A stretch of 64,000 nucleotides of DNA from a virus. The position numbers and the translations under genes were made by a program. Positions 9,583 through 19,856 of the stretch are shown one piece after another. The DNA is taken from positions 64,001 through 128,000 of IMG/VR virus record IMGVR_UViG_3300032308_002775, one strand, 5' to 3'. The notes under the pieces are model-generated. The model saw only the letters and a list, made by a program, of their open reading frames with translations, had not been told where the DNA came from and ran no database searches. Position 1 is the first letter of the stretch, and each line of letters starts with the position of its first letter.

Positions 9583-11230
9583 TGCCGCTCCCTATGTCGT
9601 TACGAGCTTCGCGCTCGAGGCAGAATTCAAACCAGAGTCCGGCGGCGTGATCATTTTCAAGGACGTGATCTCGATCGCGGCGACTTTCGGGTTGAACTCG
9701 ATCCCCGTCGCGCAGCTCGTCGTGGCGACCGGCAAAAACGCGCAGACGGACGAGCTGGCGTCCATCCACAAGAACAAGGGTCGGTTGAAGCACGGCACTG
9801 AAGTAACTGTTCGGCTTACGGTCACAAACCACGACGGCCAGCTCGACAAGATCGAACAAGGCACGTTTGTCATCTTTCACGGCAGGTTTGCAGGCATCGG
9901 CTATCAGCGCAGCTACGACGCGGCCAGCTATACGATTCACTTGGTTCACTGGCTCGACTACCTGAACCACGGCTCAATGGTCAACGGGAACTGGTTTCCA
10001 GGCGCGCCGTACGACCTTGCGCAGAACGCGCTCTACACGGCGCTCGGCCCAGCGCAGGAAGGAAACGCCGGGCTGCGGGGCGATCCAACGCCGCAAATCG
10101 ACGCTAACCGCAAGATCGTGAACTGGGCGAACATCAGGAAAGACCTGTGGGGCGAGGTCATCAAACCGATCTTCAAAAAGATCGCAGCCTGGCCGCTTCC
10201 TCACTATCAGGACATGGCGCAGGGCGGAGAAGAAAACAACAAGCTGGTCCTGGAAGCTCTCGAAAAGATGCCCGGCGACGGCGCCAAGTACTACTCCAAT
10301 CTGCGGCTTGATATGGAGGGGCTGCAATCGGAAAACGTGGCGGAATCCATTCGCCTGGCGCTTGGCAAAGACGCCATGGATTCATTCGCTTACACCACGT
10401 TCTGGAACAAGCTGGTCGGCGAGTACGCGCCGCAGTTCTATTTCGCGATTTCGCCCTGCACCGAGTACGCCCTGCCAATTCCTTTCTTTGCCGGATTGAG
10501 CACGCCCTGGAAAACAATCAAGTCAGACGAATACAACTACGCCAATTTCAACGCCAGCATGATGCTGAACCTGGAGTCGGTTGACATCTTTTATCCGGTG
10601 CAAAGCTCCACGGGCTACCAGATTGGCCCCAGCGCATCGAACGCTCCGGTCGTATCTTTTCGGACGCCGATGGGCTGGTATCCGCCCCAGGACCAACAGA
10701 ACCGGCGCGGGTACAAGCTGCTCAAAGAACCGCCGACCTGGATGACGAACCTCTTTCCTGGCCCGGCGTTCGCTGCCCGATCAACCGGCATTGGCGCCGA
10801 AGGCAAAGACGTCTGCGTTCCCGATCGCGGCGACAAAAACCCGCCGAACAAGTTCTTCAACGGCTCAGGCGCGAACTACGAAGCGAAAAAAAGCGGGGCG
10901 CTAACCCGATTCGCTGAGCACTGGTACAAGACCGAGGTGCTGTACCAACGGCACGGCGAGCTGTCCGGCAAGCTGCGTTTCGATATTGCCCCGGGCTCGA
11001 TCATTGCCATCGAAACTCCTGAATACGATCTCGACAAGAAAGACAAGCTACACGCTACGGTGACGCAGGTCTCTTACGCGATTAACGCAGAGACGGCGCA
11101 GGCAGGAACAAGTTTCACGCTGGCGCACATTCGCACTGAAGATGAAAACGAGGACCAATTTTTGACAGCTAATAAGCCGCCGCTTTACCGCGTAGCGTGG
11201 CGCGGCGCGCCCTTGGCGGAGAAGAAGTGA
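9575..11230 (+). CDS. Baseplate hub protein (gp27/gpD-like)
   Basis: C-terminal GELSGKLRFDIAPGSIIAIE...ATVTQVSYAIN...TSFTL, typical of hub proteins. N-terminal 'IFHGRFAG...YTIHLV'. Confidence 0.6.
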   Translation: MADAAPYVVTSFALEAEFKPESGGVIIFKDVISIAATFGLNSIPVAQLVVATGKNAQTDELASIHKNKGRLKHGTEVTVRLTVTNHDGQLDKIEQGTFVIFHGRFAGIGYQRSYDAASYTIHLVHWLDYLNHGSMVNGNWFPGAPYDLAQNALYTALGPAQEGNAGLRGDPTPQIDANRKIVNWANIRKDLWGEVIKPIFKKIAAWPLPHYQDMAQGGEENNKLVLEALEKMPGDGAKYYSNLRLDMEGLQSENVAESIRLALGKDAMDSFAYTTFWNKLVGEYAPQFYFAISPCTEYALPIPFFAGLSTPWKTIKSDEYNYANFNASMMLNLESVDIFYPVQSSTGYQIGPSASNAPVVSFRTPMGWYPPQDQQNRRGYKLLKEPPTWMTNLFPGPAFAARSTGIGAEGKDVCVPDRGDKNPPNKFFNGSGANYEAKKSGALTRFAEHWYKTEVLYQRHGELSGKLRFDIAPGSIIAIETPEYDLDKKDKLHATVTQVSYAINAETAQAGTSFTLAHIRTEDENEDQFLTANKPPLYRVAWRGAPLAEKK

Positions 11231-11231
11231 C

Positions 11232-12044
11232 ATGCCTGACATGAAGAAGCCCGGTATGCCGTCCATTCTTGACGACGTTCCTATGCCGTTCTCCGGCCCA
11301 AAAAAGCCGCAGGGCGTGGGCGACGATTTCGAATCGACGTTCTCGCAGTGGCAGCAGCGACGCACGCCGGAAACAAATACGCAGATTCTCCGGACGGTGC
11401 AGCCAGTAATCGATACGGCGCTGACCAGTTATGCGGGCGGCAACAATAGTCCCACGATTCGGTCCCGGGCGAAGTTGATGGCGCTGAAAGCCTTGGAAAC
11501 GTACGACCCGCAAAAGGGAAACGTCCGGACGCACCTCCTCAGCCAGCTTCAGAGTTTGCGCCGGACCGCGGCGCAGGCGCAAAACATCATCTCGATCCCC
11601 GAGCAGGTCGGACTAGACTACCAGCGGCTCGCCGAGAGCGAGAACGAATTGCGCGACCGACTTGGCCGCGACCCCACGGACGACGAACTGGCCGACCACA
11701 CTTTGCTCTCGCCCCGGCGGATCCGAAAGATTCGCTCGTTTGCGCAGCCTGTCGCCGAGGGCTCCACAGTAGTCGAAAGCGGCGACGAGATGAATGATGG
11801 CGGCGTGGCTAGCACGATTCCCGGCAGCATCCGCGCGGCCGAGGCGTGGATGAATTTCGTGTACGACGACCTCAGCTCGACCGACAAGTTAATCATGGAT
11901 TTGACGCTAGGGCGCAACGGGCGGCGGCGCACCAGTACGCAGGAAATTGCGCGCCGGTTGAATGTCACACCCGGCGCCGTGAGTCAGCGCGCCGCCAAAA
12001 TTCAGGCCATGATCGACAAGCGTTACACGCAGGGAGGTTTCTGA
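11232..12044 (+). CDS. RNA polymerase sigma-70-family factor (FliA/SigF-like architecture)
   Basis: Region 2 ALETYDPQKGNVRTH, region 3 ELRDRLGRDPTDDELAD, region 4 HTH STQEIARRLNVTPGAVSQR. Confidence 0.85.
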   Translation: MPDMKKPGMPSILDDVPMPFSGPKKPQGVGDDFESTFSQWQQRRTPETNTQILRTVQPVIDTALTSYAGGNNSPTIRSRAKLMALKALETYDPQKGNVRTHLLSQLQSLRRTAAQAQNIISIPEQVGLDYQRLAESENELRDRLGRDPTDDELADHTLLSPRRIRKIRSFAQPVAEGSTVVESGDEMNDGGVASTIPGSIRAAEAWMNFVYDDLSSTDKLIMDLTLGRNGRRRTSTQEIARRLNVTPGAVSQRAAKIQAMIDKRYTQGGF

Positions 12045-12562
12045 TGGCGCACGGAAAATCGCTCGGCAAAGTAGACGACAAGTTCAAGGACCGCGTCGCC
12101 GACCTGGAAGAGTACGCCCGAGACGCGGCAGAGCAGTTCAAAGACTGGTCCCGCCCGCGGCCGTGGGCGGTGCCCAAAGTCATGGCGCAGCGCGACCTGC
12201 TCGACGTTCCCGGTCTTCATGAACCTGCCTGGGATCGCAACAAGCTCAACGAGCAGTACTCGGAGGAGGCGCTCAAGGGCCCTGGAGTATTGGGCGGCAC
12301 CGTGGGAGATCTGATCGCCATCAAGTGGCAGGTGGATTTTATGGCCACCGAGGAGCGCGCATTTCGACTGCGGCATGCGAGCCATGCCCGCTGCGCCGCG
12401 TTGCTCCACGGGCGGCTGGACGGTCACGGCAAGCAGGCTTCTGGCATTTTTTCGTTCTTAAAGGACGGCGTGCAGGAATACATTGATTTGGGCAAGGCGC
12501 ATGGCGCAAATGACGGTTTCCAGGGCGACGTGAATCCGGGCGGCGCGGCGGGCCTCGCGTAA
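12044..12562 (+). CDS. Hypothetical protein
   Basis: ATG overlaps the sigma stop (TGATG), SD GGAGG. MAHGKSLGKV..., 172 aa. Confidence 0.6.
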   Translation: MAHGKSLGKVDDKFKDRVADLEEYARDAAEQFKDWSRPRPWAVPKVMAQRDLLDVPGLHEPAWDRNKLNEQYSEEALKGPGVLGGTVGDLIAIKWQVDFMATEERAFRLRHASHARCAALLHGRLDGHGKQASGIFSFLKDGVQEYIDLGKAHGANDGFQGDVNPGGAAGLA

Positions 12563-12572
12563 GGAACAACTC

Positions 12573-13040
12573 ATGAGTCTCGCAGAATACGCAAATCGCA
12601 AGTACGACTACCTTGCCTTTCAGGGCGTCAAGGCGCTCGGAGAAGCGCGGCTGGGGCTGGCGCTTTATGCCGAAGACACCAGCGGCCAGATCTGTGTGGG
12701 CATTCAAAAGCTCGCCCAGCGGTGGGCGCTGGAGTTCCTGACCGAGCTCGGCTCAATGCCCGGTCTGCCCACTCGCGGCAGCGACTTCATGACGCAGGTT
12801 CGACAGGGTTCGCTGCGCAACGAGGTTGACGTGGTGGCGGCTTTCGGCGCCGCGAGCCTTTACGTCGAGCGCAATCTTCGCAACGAAGAATACGAGAACA
12901 TGCCCAGCGATGAGCAGTTCGATGAGGCCGAGTTAACCAGTGTCCAGTTCTTGCCGGGCTACATGAACTTGCGTGTTATGATTTACAGCCGCGCCGGTGA
13001 GTCGCGTGCGGCCATTCTCCCGATTGAAACTCTTGTTTAG
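12573..13040 (+). CDS. Baseplate wedge protein, gp25/W-like
   Basis: GIQKLAQRWALEFLTELGSMPGLPTRGS motif, 155 aa, precedes the J-like gene. Confidence 0.7.
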   Translation: MSLAEYANRKYDYLAFQGVKALGEARLGLALYAEDTSGQICVGIQKLAQRWALEFLTELGSMPGLPTRGSDFMTQVRQGSLRNEVDVVAAFGAASLYVERNLRNEEYENMPSDEQFDEAELTSVQFLPGYMNLRVMIYSRAGESRAAILPIETLV

Positions 13041-13048
13041 GTGTATTC

Positions 13049-14692
13049 ATGGCCCTTGAAATCGGCAGCCTGACGGAACTTGATCGCGCCCAGATTGACG
13101 CGATGTTTGCGACGTTCACGCAGCTCATGCAGGAACGGCACCCCGAGGTAGAGCTAACCCGCGGCGTGTTTCACGACCTGGTCATCTACTTTAACGCCGT
13201 GCTTAACGGGGCTGTTCGGGAGAACGTCGAGCGCGTGCTGGCGAGTAATAGCCTGCTGGGCATTTCGACCAATCCGGCGCTGGCCGACGAAGCGCTGGTC
13301 GACAAGGTCTTGTCGAACTACAACATGGCCCGCGACTTGGGTTCCCGCGCTGTCGGGGAGGGCACGTTGATTCTGAACTTGCCGAATCAAACGACGATCT
13401 CCGACGCTGTTGTCTTTATTGGCGGCGGCGTTGAATTTCAGCCGACGGCCACTTTTACGCTCCTACCGCCGGACAGTGTGCCTCTCACCGAGACCGAGCG
13501 CGTAATGATCGAGGTCGGCGACGGCACCTATGCCGCGAACATCTCGCTCCGGGCGGTAAACGTCGGCCTGGCCGGAAACATCCGCCGCGGCACCAAGCTT
13601 ATTCCAGATAACATCGTGAACAACACGGCTGACGCGTTTGCGGCTGCCGACTTCGTTAACGGCGCCGACGCTCCGACAAACGCCGAGTACCTTTCGAAAC
13701 TGTCGGCCGGTCTTGCGTCCAAAGCCATCGGCGGGCGACAGAACTACATCGCGCAGATCAAGAATCAGGCGGCGTTCGCCAACATCCCCCACCTGTCGAT
13801 TCTGGGGTGCGGCGATCCCGAACAGCAGCGCGATCAGCACAGCCTGTTCCCGATCAGCGGCGGCGGCAAGGTCGACATCTACTGCCAGACGCACGCGGAC
13901 GCGCAGGAACGAGAACATCTGCTCGAGGCGGTGTACGTTGGTCCGGGCGCCGCAGGCACCATCTGGCAGGTCGCACTCAATCGCGACCTGGCGCCGGGGT
14001 TCTACGAGGTTAGCCGGATTGCTAAGCCGCGCGACACGACCAGCGTGGGTTATTCCGTCGTGCAGGACCTGCGCTTCTGGGACACCTCAGAGGTAGATTT
14101 CGCGCCCGATATCGTCAGTGCCGAAGAGGCCGCGTACACGCGCTACCAGACGGCGATTATCCGGTTCGAGGACACGGACACCAACCCGGGAACGCTTGTT
14201 CCGCAATCCAGCACAGCGCTGTATTCGGTGACAACCGTGGGCCTGCCACTGATCGCAGCCATCCAGGATTACCTGGCGGCTCGTGACGTCCGCAGCCGCC
14301 TGGCCGACGTGCTCGCCCGGGCGGCGGTCCCCTGCTTCACAAAGATATCTTTCGAGATTCGCCAGGCCGCGAACGCCGCCGATCTTGACCCGGCGCCCAT
14401 CAAAGCAGCGATCGCCGCGGCCATTCGCAAAATTGGCTTCACCGGGCAGCTGCACTCCTCGGTGATCAGCGCGGCGGTGCATCCGTTCCTGCCCGGCAAC
14501 GCCGCCGTGAGCGCAATTGACATGTTCGGCCGCATTCGCCGTCCGGACGGAACGACGCAGTACCTGCGAGACAACATCCTGCTGCAAGTTCCGGACGACC
14601 CGAACCGGCAGGTAACGGGGCGCACAACGGTGTTTCTGGTGGGAGAGGACGACATCTCGATCTCCTTTGTAGCCGCGGGTTTTACGAACTGA
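13049..14692 (+). CDS. Baseplate J/gp6-like protein
   Basis: RAVGEGTL, AVNVGLAGNI, FVNGADAPTNAEYL and GGKVDIY motifs of the baseplate J family. Confidence 0.8.
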   Translation: MALEIGSLTELDRAQIDAMFATFTQLMQERHPEVELTRGVFHDLVIYFNAVLNGAVRENVERVLASNSLLGISTNPALADEALVDKVLSNYNMARDLGSRAVGEGTLILNLPNQTTISDAVVFIGGGVEFQPTATFTLLPPDSVPLTETERVMIEVGDGTYAANISLRAVNVGLAGNIRRGTKLIPDNIVNNTADAFAAADFVNGADAPTNAEYLSKLSAGLASKAIGGRQNYIAQIKNQAAFANIPHLSILGCGDPEQQRDQHSLFPISGGGKVDIYCQTHADAQEREHLLEAVYVGPGAAGTIWQVALNRDLAPGFYEVSRIAKPRDTTSVGYSVVQDLRFWDTSEVDFAPDIVSAEEAAYTRYQTAIIRFEDTDTNPGTLVPQSSTALYSVTTVGLPLIAAIQDYLAARDVRSRLADVLARAAVPCFTKISFEIRQAANAADLDPAPIKAAIAAAIRKIGFTGQLHSSVISAAVHPFLPGNAAVSAIDMFGRIRRPDGTTQYLRDNILLQVPDDPNRQVTGRTTVFLVGEDDISISFVAAGFTN

Positions 14693-14703
14693 GCAGGTGA
14701 CCA

Positions 14704-16287
14704 ATGGCGTACGAGTTTGTCTATCCCGGCAGTGATCTCGACCGAAGCCGTGTGCTGCTGTCGATTCTCGGCAGCTTCTGGGCGCGAACGTACACCGCTG
14801 TCGACCAGGTTCGGTCCTACGTCGACGCTACGGCGCAGTCTGTTGCCCAGTCGCATCGCAACCTGCTCGAGGCCGTCGCCGCGCTGAGCCGCGTGACTGT
14901 ACCGCTTTACCACACTGAAAACTGGACGCCGATAACGCTGCGCCGAAGCGACGCCAACACGGGCCTGGTTGGTGTTGGCCGCTTTGACACCGACCAGCTC
15001 GCGTTTGGCGACGGGCGAGCCAGTTTCGACACGCCGATCCAGCGGCCCTACTTCGCGTTTCCAAAACCCGACAAGCTGGTCGGCGTCGCGCAGATCTTCA
15101 ACAAACTGATTTTCCCCACGGTCGCCCTGACAGATAAGGTCGATTACATCCTGGACGAGACGCGCGGCGCTCTCGTGTTCTCGGCAAACCCGTTTGATTC
15201 CCCCGGGTTTCTGAAGCGCGGTATTTACAAGGGCAAGGATCTCGTCGATGAGGAAATTACCGTCTGGGGTTTTCACGGGCAGTTCGACTATGACTACGTT
15301 TTCAACCAGTTCGCCTACGCCCTGGGAATGCGACTGAAGACGAGTCAGGGCGCCAAGGACTTGATGAACGCCGTATACAGCGGGCTGGTTAACGGCGGCG
15401 CAACCGTGCGCGACCTAGACGCCGCCGTGGCAGCAATTTGCGGCGTGCCCCTGACCGTGGAGCCCGAAGAAACAGTGGAAGTCGTGCAGGTCGACGCGCG
15501 CGGGCTGTTCATCGCCACAGACAAAAATGTGTACCGGTTTCAGGAGAACGCCGCCCCAGTGGTTGCTGTGGGCGACAAACTGCTCGTCGGCTCGCGGCTT
15601 ACCGACGCCCTGGAAATCGTCACGCTCACAAGCGGACAGGTTCCGGCGAGCATCTCCGCGCTGACGCTCGACCAGGGTTTCTTGGCGGCCTGCTTTTACG
15701 GAGACCTTGTGTTCGAGAACAAGGACTTGCCGCTCGCCGTCGACGCGGCCCACCCCAGCGGTTACACGTTCGTCAAGTTTCCGCTGGGCGGTTTCCCGGC
15801 CGACGTGGCCCGCTTTTTCGACGACCTCCACGCGCGGGGCGTCGCGGCGGCGCAAATCGTGCCGGATCCGTGCGACCGCCAGCGCCGCAAGTTGGGGACG
15901 CTGGCGCACATGCTGGACCGCCGCGCCCAGCCGGAAAGCGAGCCGACCGCAAATAATCTGCCAAGCACGATAAATCCGCTGAAATTTATCGTCGCCAATA
16001 TCCTGCGAAACAACGTCATTATTGTGCGCATCAAGGGCGGCGCATTGGGGCAAAATCGGCTGGGCCTGTACAATATCAGGCACCTGCGCCAGCTCTTGCC
16101 GCCCCAGGCCGCCATGATCGTGATTTACGACATGGCGCCGGTCCGGGACGCCCTGAACGGCGCAGAAAACCTGGCCGAAAGCGTCGCGACGTTCACCGGC
16201 GCGGAGCCGCTATCCGACACTGTGACTGACGACCTGGTGCGCGACAACACGGTATACGCACGGACGATCTCCGGGACGTGCCAATAA
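14704..16287 (+). CDS. Baseplate wedge protein (gpI/gp7-like)
   Basis: Follows the J-like gene. LSILGSFW N-terminus and C-terminal HLRQLLPPQAAMIV resemble gpI-like wedge proteins. Confidence 0.5.
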   Translation: MAYEFVYPGSDLDRSRVLLSILGSFWARTYTAVDQVRSYVDATAQSVAQSHRNLLEAVAALSRVTVPLYHTENWTPITLRRSDANTGLVGVGRFDTDQLAFGDGRASFDTPIQRPYFAFPKPDKLVGVAQIFNKLIFPTVALTDKVDYILDETRGALVFSANPFDSPGFLKRGIYKGKDLVDEEITVWGFHGQFDYDYVFNQFAYALGMRLKTSQGAKDLMNAVYSGLVNGGATVRDLDAAVAAICGVPLTVEPEETVEVVQVDARGLFIATDKNVYRFQENAAPVVAVGDKLLVGSRLTDALEIVTLTSGQVPASISALTLDQGFLAACFYGDLVFENKDLPLAVDAAHPSGYTFVKFPLGGFPADVARFFDDLHARGVAAAQIVPDPCDRQRRKLGTLAHMLDRRAQPESEPTANNLPSTINPLKFIVANILRNNVIIVRIKGGALGQNRLGLYNIRHLRQLLPPQAAMIVIYDMAPVRDALNGAENLAESVATFTGAEPLSDTVTDDLVRDNTVYARTISGTCQ

Positions 16288-16296
16288 GGGAGTAAC

Positions 16297-16941
16297 ATGG
16301 CCACGGACACGATTGGAAAGAACGGGTCAGGTGTGCGCGGGCGAGTCACGCTCTGGCGGGTCGACGAGTCCAGCGGCCTGATGGTGCCGCTCCACAGCCA
16401 AAAGAACCAGATCCTCCTGTCCTGGGGCCACGTCGCCGCCCGGCAGCTCGGCTACCGACCGCAGGCCGGTCGGCCCAGCTACCACATCTCCGCGATGTAC
16501 ATCGAGTACGAAAACGTCGGGAGCCCTTCCACAGAGGTGACCGTCGAGGCCTTCGAGCGAGACCTCGATCCGGACTACTACAACAACCTGATGGCCAGCG
16601 CCTCCCGCGACTATCTCCGCGTCGCCCTGCGGCTGGAACCGACGCTGGGTATTTCGACCGACACGGCAGATCTTTACCCGGGTTACTTCACCGACGGCGC
16701 CAACGGTAACGCGCTCACGTTTTTCGCCCAGACCTCCGGCGTCGAGGGCGTGCACGGAAAGGCCTTCGGCGGCAGCGGCAACAACAGCAAGATTTACGCC
16801 GCGTCGCTCGTGGCGACACCCGGCGGCGACGACCCGACGCAGGATGTCTTGTTTGCGCGGACGACCTTCGCGGCAGCTGATCAGGTGACCAAGGAAGCGT
16901 CCTCGCAAATCGGGATCACCTGGGAAGCGGCGTTTGAATAA
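16297..16941 (+). CDS. Baseplate / tail-fibre attachment protein
   Basis: VRGRVTLW..KNQIL...LFARTTF...VTKEASSQIGITW pattern, common between wedge and fibre genes. SD AAGGGAG. Confidence 0.5.
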   Translation: MATDTIGKNGSGVRGRVTLWRVDESSGLMVPLHSQKNQILLSWGHVAARQLGYRPQAGRPSYHISAMYIEYENVGSPSTEVTVEAFERDLDPDYYNNLMASASRDYLRVALRLEPTLGISTDTADLYPGYFTDGANGNALTFFAQTSGVEGVHGKAFGGSGNNSKIYAASLVATPGGDDPTQDVLFARTTFAAADQVTKEASSQIGITWEAAFE

Positions 16942-16943
16942 CA

Positions 16944-16965
16944 GTTTCACATGGATTTGTGAAAC
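16944..16965. promoter_or_regulatory. TTTCAC-N8-GTGAAA inverted repeat, copy 1
   Basis: GTTTCAC-ATGGATTT-GTGAAAC, intergenic, just 5' of SD GGAGG. Confidence 0.6.
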
Positions 16966-16980
16966 CATTGGAGGACACGG

Positions 16981-18882
16981 ATGTCCAACAGTAACTGGCT
17001 GAACAACATCAAGCACGTTGCGCCCGGCGAGCCGGTGCAGGCTGGCGTCGTAAGTCGCCCCGATCGCGCGCTAGTTGACCGCACGAACTACCTCAAGGAC
17101 CGCCTTGACGCCGCGGCCCTCGGCCAGGCGATTTTCGACGTGGATGCCACGGTTGCACCGGACGTGCTGCCCGGCCAGCCCGTGTTTTGGAACCACGAAA
17201 CTCAGCGCTACGAAAAGGCGCTGGCCGCCGTGGAAACGAACCCGGCGACCCAGGCCTTGGTGACGCAACCTTCCTGCGACGTCCTGGGCGTCTGCTACAC
17301 GAAGAAGAACGCCACACAGGCGGACATCGTGCTGCGCGGCCTGGTCAAGCTCCCGGAAATCACCAACGCCGTCAGCGGTACTGTGGCCGCCGGTCGTTAC
17401 TACCTGTCGAGCACCGAGAGCGGCAAGCTCGTTCAAGAGCGGCCGCCCGTCACCGTAAGCGTCTGCTACGTGCAGGGCGCCAAGGACAACTGCGCCGACG
17501 AGCCGTGGGTCGTCGTGATGCCGCAGATGCGCGACTTTCTCGAAGACCACATCCATTACCGCTTTGAGCTGGCGACGCTGCCTGCGGGCGATCACGATCC
17601 GACCGCGGCCGCCACGAATGGCGTGCACACGATCGAAAACGCCGACGAGGAACGCGAGGGCTGGCTTCCGGCTGATCACGCAATCTTCAACGGCACAGCC
17701 CCGGCGGGCGCAAAGTTTGGCTACAACTTTTCTCAGCACGCCGCCATCGAGCGCGTCTGGCCGCCGCAACCGATCCAGGCCGTGGCCATCCTCTGGGACA
17801 AAGGAATCAACAACGTCGGCGCTACGGAGATTCCGCTGGGCGCCGACGGGCTGTGCGTCGTAAACACCCACGGCATCTGGTGGATGAGCGACTGCTATGG
17901 CGAGGTGCCCTGGCCAGCGGACCTTGACACGGCCAGCGTCGAATCCGTGAGCTCGCTGGCCGATTGCCCGCGCGAAGAGCGAATGCGGGTAATCGTCGTT
18001 TATCTTCGGATGCTTTTCGGTAACGACCGCTCCGTGGTGACGAGCCTCAAGCCTGCTGAAGGCAGCCCGATTACCGTCGTCAACTGCGACGGTATTCCGG
18101 CGAATCAAGATAATGCGCTGACGGGCGATCTCGAGCTGGGGCTGAACCTGGCGCTCCTAGACGATCCGACCGAGGTGGCTGGCGGCCGGGTCTACAAGCA
18201 GATCACAACAGATTTTAAGTTCCGGAAGGGGTGGGTTGCTGAAGGCGTCCGCTCCGGCGCCGGGCCGCTGACGATCACCGGCACGCGCAGCCGTGTGCTC
18301 ACAACTGCTGAGAAGACGGCGCTGCAGCTTCCGGCTGACGATGAGTCGCTTCTGCATCAAGGACTGGTCACCATTTCCTACGATGACCAACTGGTTGAAC
18401 GCGAAATCGCGCCGCAGATCATCCGGTTGTCCGACACGGTCGAGCGACTCTATCTCGACATTCCGTACCTCGGGTTTCCACAGAGCCAGGATTCACTGGT
18501 GCGGGTGCGGCTCAACGTTCCCAGCGCGAACCTTGGCGCGCCTCTGGCGCTGCGCATTCGCGCGCAGCTCTTTGGCAGAACCAGCGCCGTGCTGCCCGCG
18601 ATGGCCGTGTCGTATCGGCGCATTCCGCGGCCAGCGTCTGCGGTGACCGCTGCAATGCCGACGCTTCCCGGCGTGAGCGACGAGGTCAACATCGTTTTTG
18701 AAGTGCCCGCCGCGTCGCTTCCCGTCGATACGCCTGTTGAGGTCGAGAGCGAGACGTTCGAGATCGTCGAGGGCGACACTGTCCTGGTGACGCTCGCGCG
18801 ATACGGCACCGCGGACAGCTACGCGGGCGAGGTCGGTCTGTTACGGTTGTCGGGTGTGATCACCGTCCCTGCCGCTGAATAA
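16981..18882 (+). CDS. Tail fibre / baseplate-associated protein
   Basis: N-terminal ALVDRTNYLKDRLD (L.NRT.YLK fibre-type motif), followed by a GRYYLS..GKLV cement-like domain. Confidence 0.55.
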   Translation: MSNSNWLNNIKHVAPGEPVQAGVVSRPDRALVDRTNYLKDRLDAAALGQAIFDVDATVAPDVLPGQPVFWNHETQRYEKALAAVETNPATQALVTQPSCDVLGVCYTKKNATQADIVLRGLVKLPEITNAVSGTVAAGRYYLSSTESGKLVQERPPVTVSVCYVQGAKDNCADEPWVVVMPQMRDFLEDHIHYRFELATLPAGDHDPTAAATNGVHTIENADEEREGWLPADHAIFNGTAPAGAKFGYNFSQHAAIERVWPPQPIQAVAILWDKGINNVGATEIPLGADGLCVVNTHGIWWMSDCYGEVPWPADLDTASVESVSSLADCPREERMRVIVVYLRMLFGNDRSVVTSLKPAEGSPITVVNCDGIPANQDNALTGDLELGLNLALLDDPTEVAGGRVYKQITTDFKFRKGWVAEGVRSGAGPLTITGTRSRVLTTAEKTALQLPADDESLLHQGLVTISYDDQLVEREIAPQIIRLSDTVERLYLDIPYLGFPQSQDSLVRVRLNVPSANLGAPLALRIRAQLFGRTSAVLPAMAVSYRRIPRPASAVTAAMPTLPGVSDEVNIVFEVPAASLPVDTPVEVESETFEIVEGDTVLVTLARYGTADSYAGEVGLLRLSGVITVPAAE

Positions 18883-18885
18883 GCC

Positions 18886-19848
18886 ATGCCAGTCGGAAAT
18901 TGGAATCTCCAGTGGCTCAACCACAACTCGCAGCGTTCTTATCCGCTGGCTGAGCGCGCTACCAAAACAGACATAACTAGTACGATCCGCCTGCCCGACA
19001 GCTTTATCGTCGCGCTCTATCTGCCAGTACCCGTTGATCCGAACATCGAGCCGGTCAAGTTCTACGTTAAAAGCGTGCTCATTTCGGCAACGGGTTACAA
19101 CATCACGATCGGTTACGACAGCGGCGAGACAGATACGCGCGACAATCCCGACGTTGCCGCAGCGAACATCGCCCGAAGCGCTTACCAGCCGAACCGGGCG
19201 TTTGCGATGGCGGGCGTCGACAGTTTTTCTGACTGCATCGGCGAGGTTGTTCTCGGAAAGCTTGACGAGGTCGATTCGTTACCGCCGGGACTGTACTACT
19301 TCGCTCCCAGCGGCGGACAGCTCGAGGCCGACCCGATTCGGCCGATGATTCGCGGCGTGACGCGCTTGCGCGTTTCAAACAATGGCGACGAGCTGAGCGA
19401 CTTCATTTACGGCGACGTCACGTTGATCGCTGGCTCAAACATGCGAATCATCGTGGAGAACAACGCAGGCACTGATCCCAAGATCATCTTCAGCGCGATT
19501 TCTGGCTTGAACCTGAACACGGATTGCGTCTGCGAAACGCCGGACCCGGGTGAATGTATCCGGTGCATTAACGGCGTGTGTTCTGATGACGGCGACTACG
19601 TCTTCAGCGGCGGCGAGTGCATCGAAATCCGACCCACAACCAGCGGGCTGCTGTTCAACGACTTCTGCGCCCAACCGTGCTGCGGCTGTGAAGAGCTAGA
19701 CGCCCTGTCCCGGCAGGTCGACCGTTTCAGCGACGGTGTTAATACGCTGCAGAACTTTGTAACGCGGCTTGGATCTGAAGTGACGCAAATGTCTCTTGTC
19801 GTCCTGGGAAGCCGTCTCGGCGATTCCGGCTGCAACACCTGTAGCTAG
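18886..19848 (+). CDS. Cys-rich virion protein, paralog 1 of 5
   Basis: N-terminal QRSYPLAERAT, IRCINGVCSDDGD, PCCGC followed by a coiled coil. Confidence 0.6.
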   Translation: MPVGNWNLQWLNHNSQRSYPLAERATKTDITSTIRLPDSFIVALYLPVPVDPNIEPVKFYVKSVLISATGYNITIGYDSGETDTRDNPDVAAANIARSAYQPNRAFAMAGVDSFSDCIGEVVLGKLDEVDSLPPGLYYFAPSGGQLEADPIRPMIRGVTRLRVSNNGDELSDFIYGDVTLIAGSNMRIIVENNAGTDPKIIFSAISGLNLNTDCVCETPDPGECIRCINGVCSDDGDYVFSGGECIEIRPTTSGLLFNDFCAQPCCGCEELDALSRQVDRFSDGVNTLQNFVTRLGSEVTQMSLVVLGSRLGDSGCNTCS

Positions 19849-19856
19849 GAGCTGCC

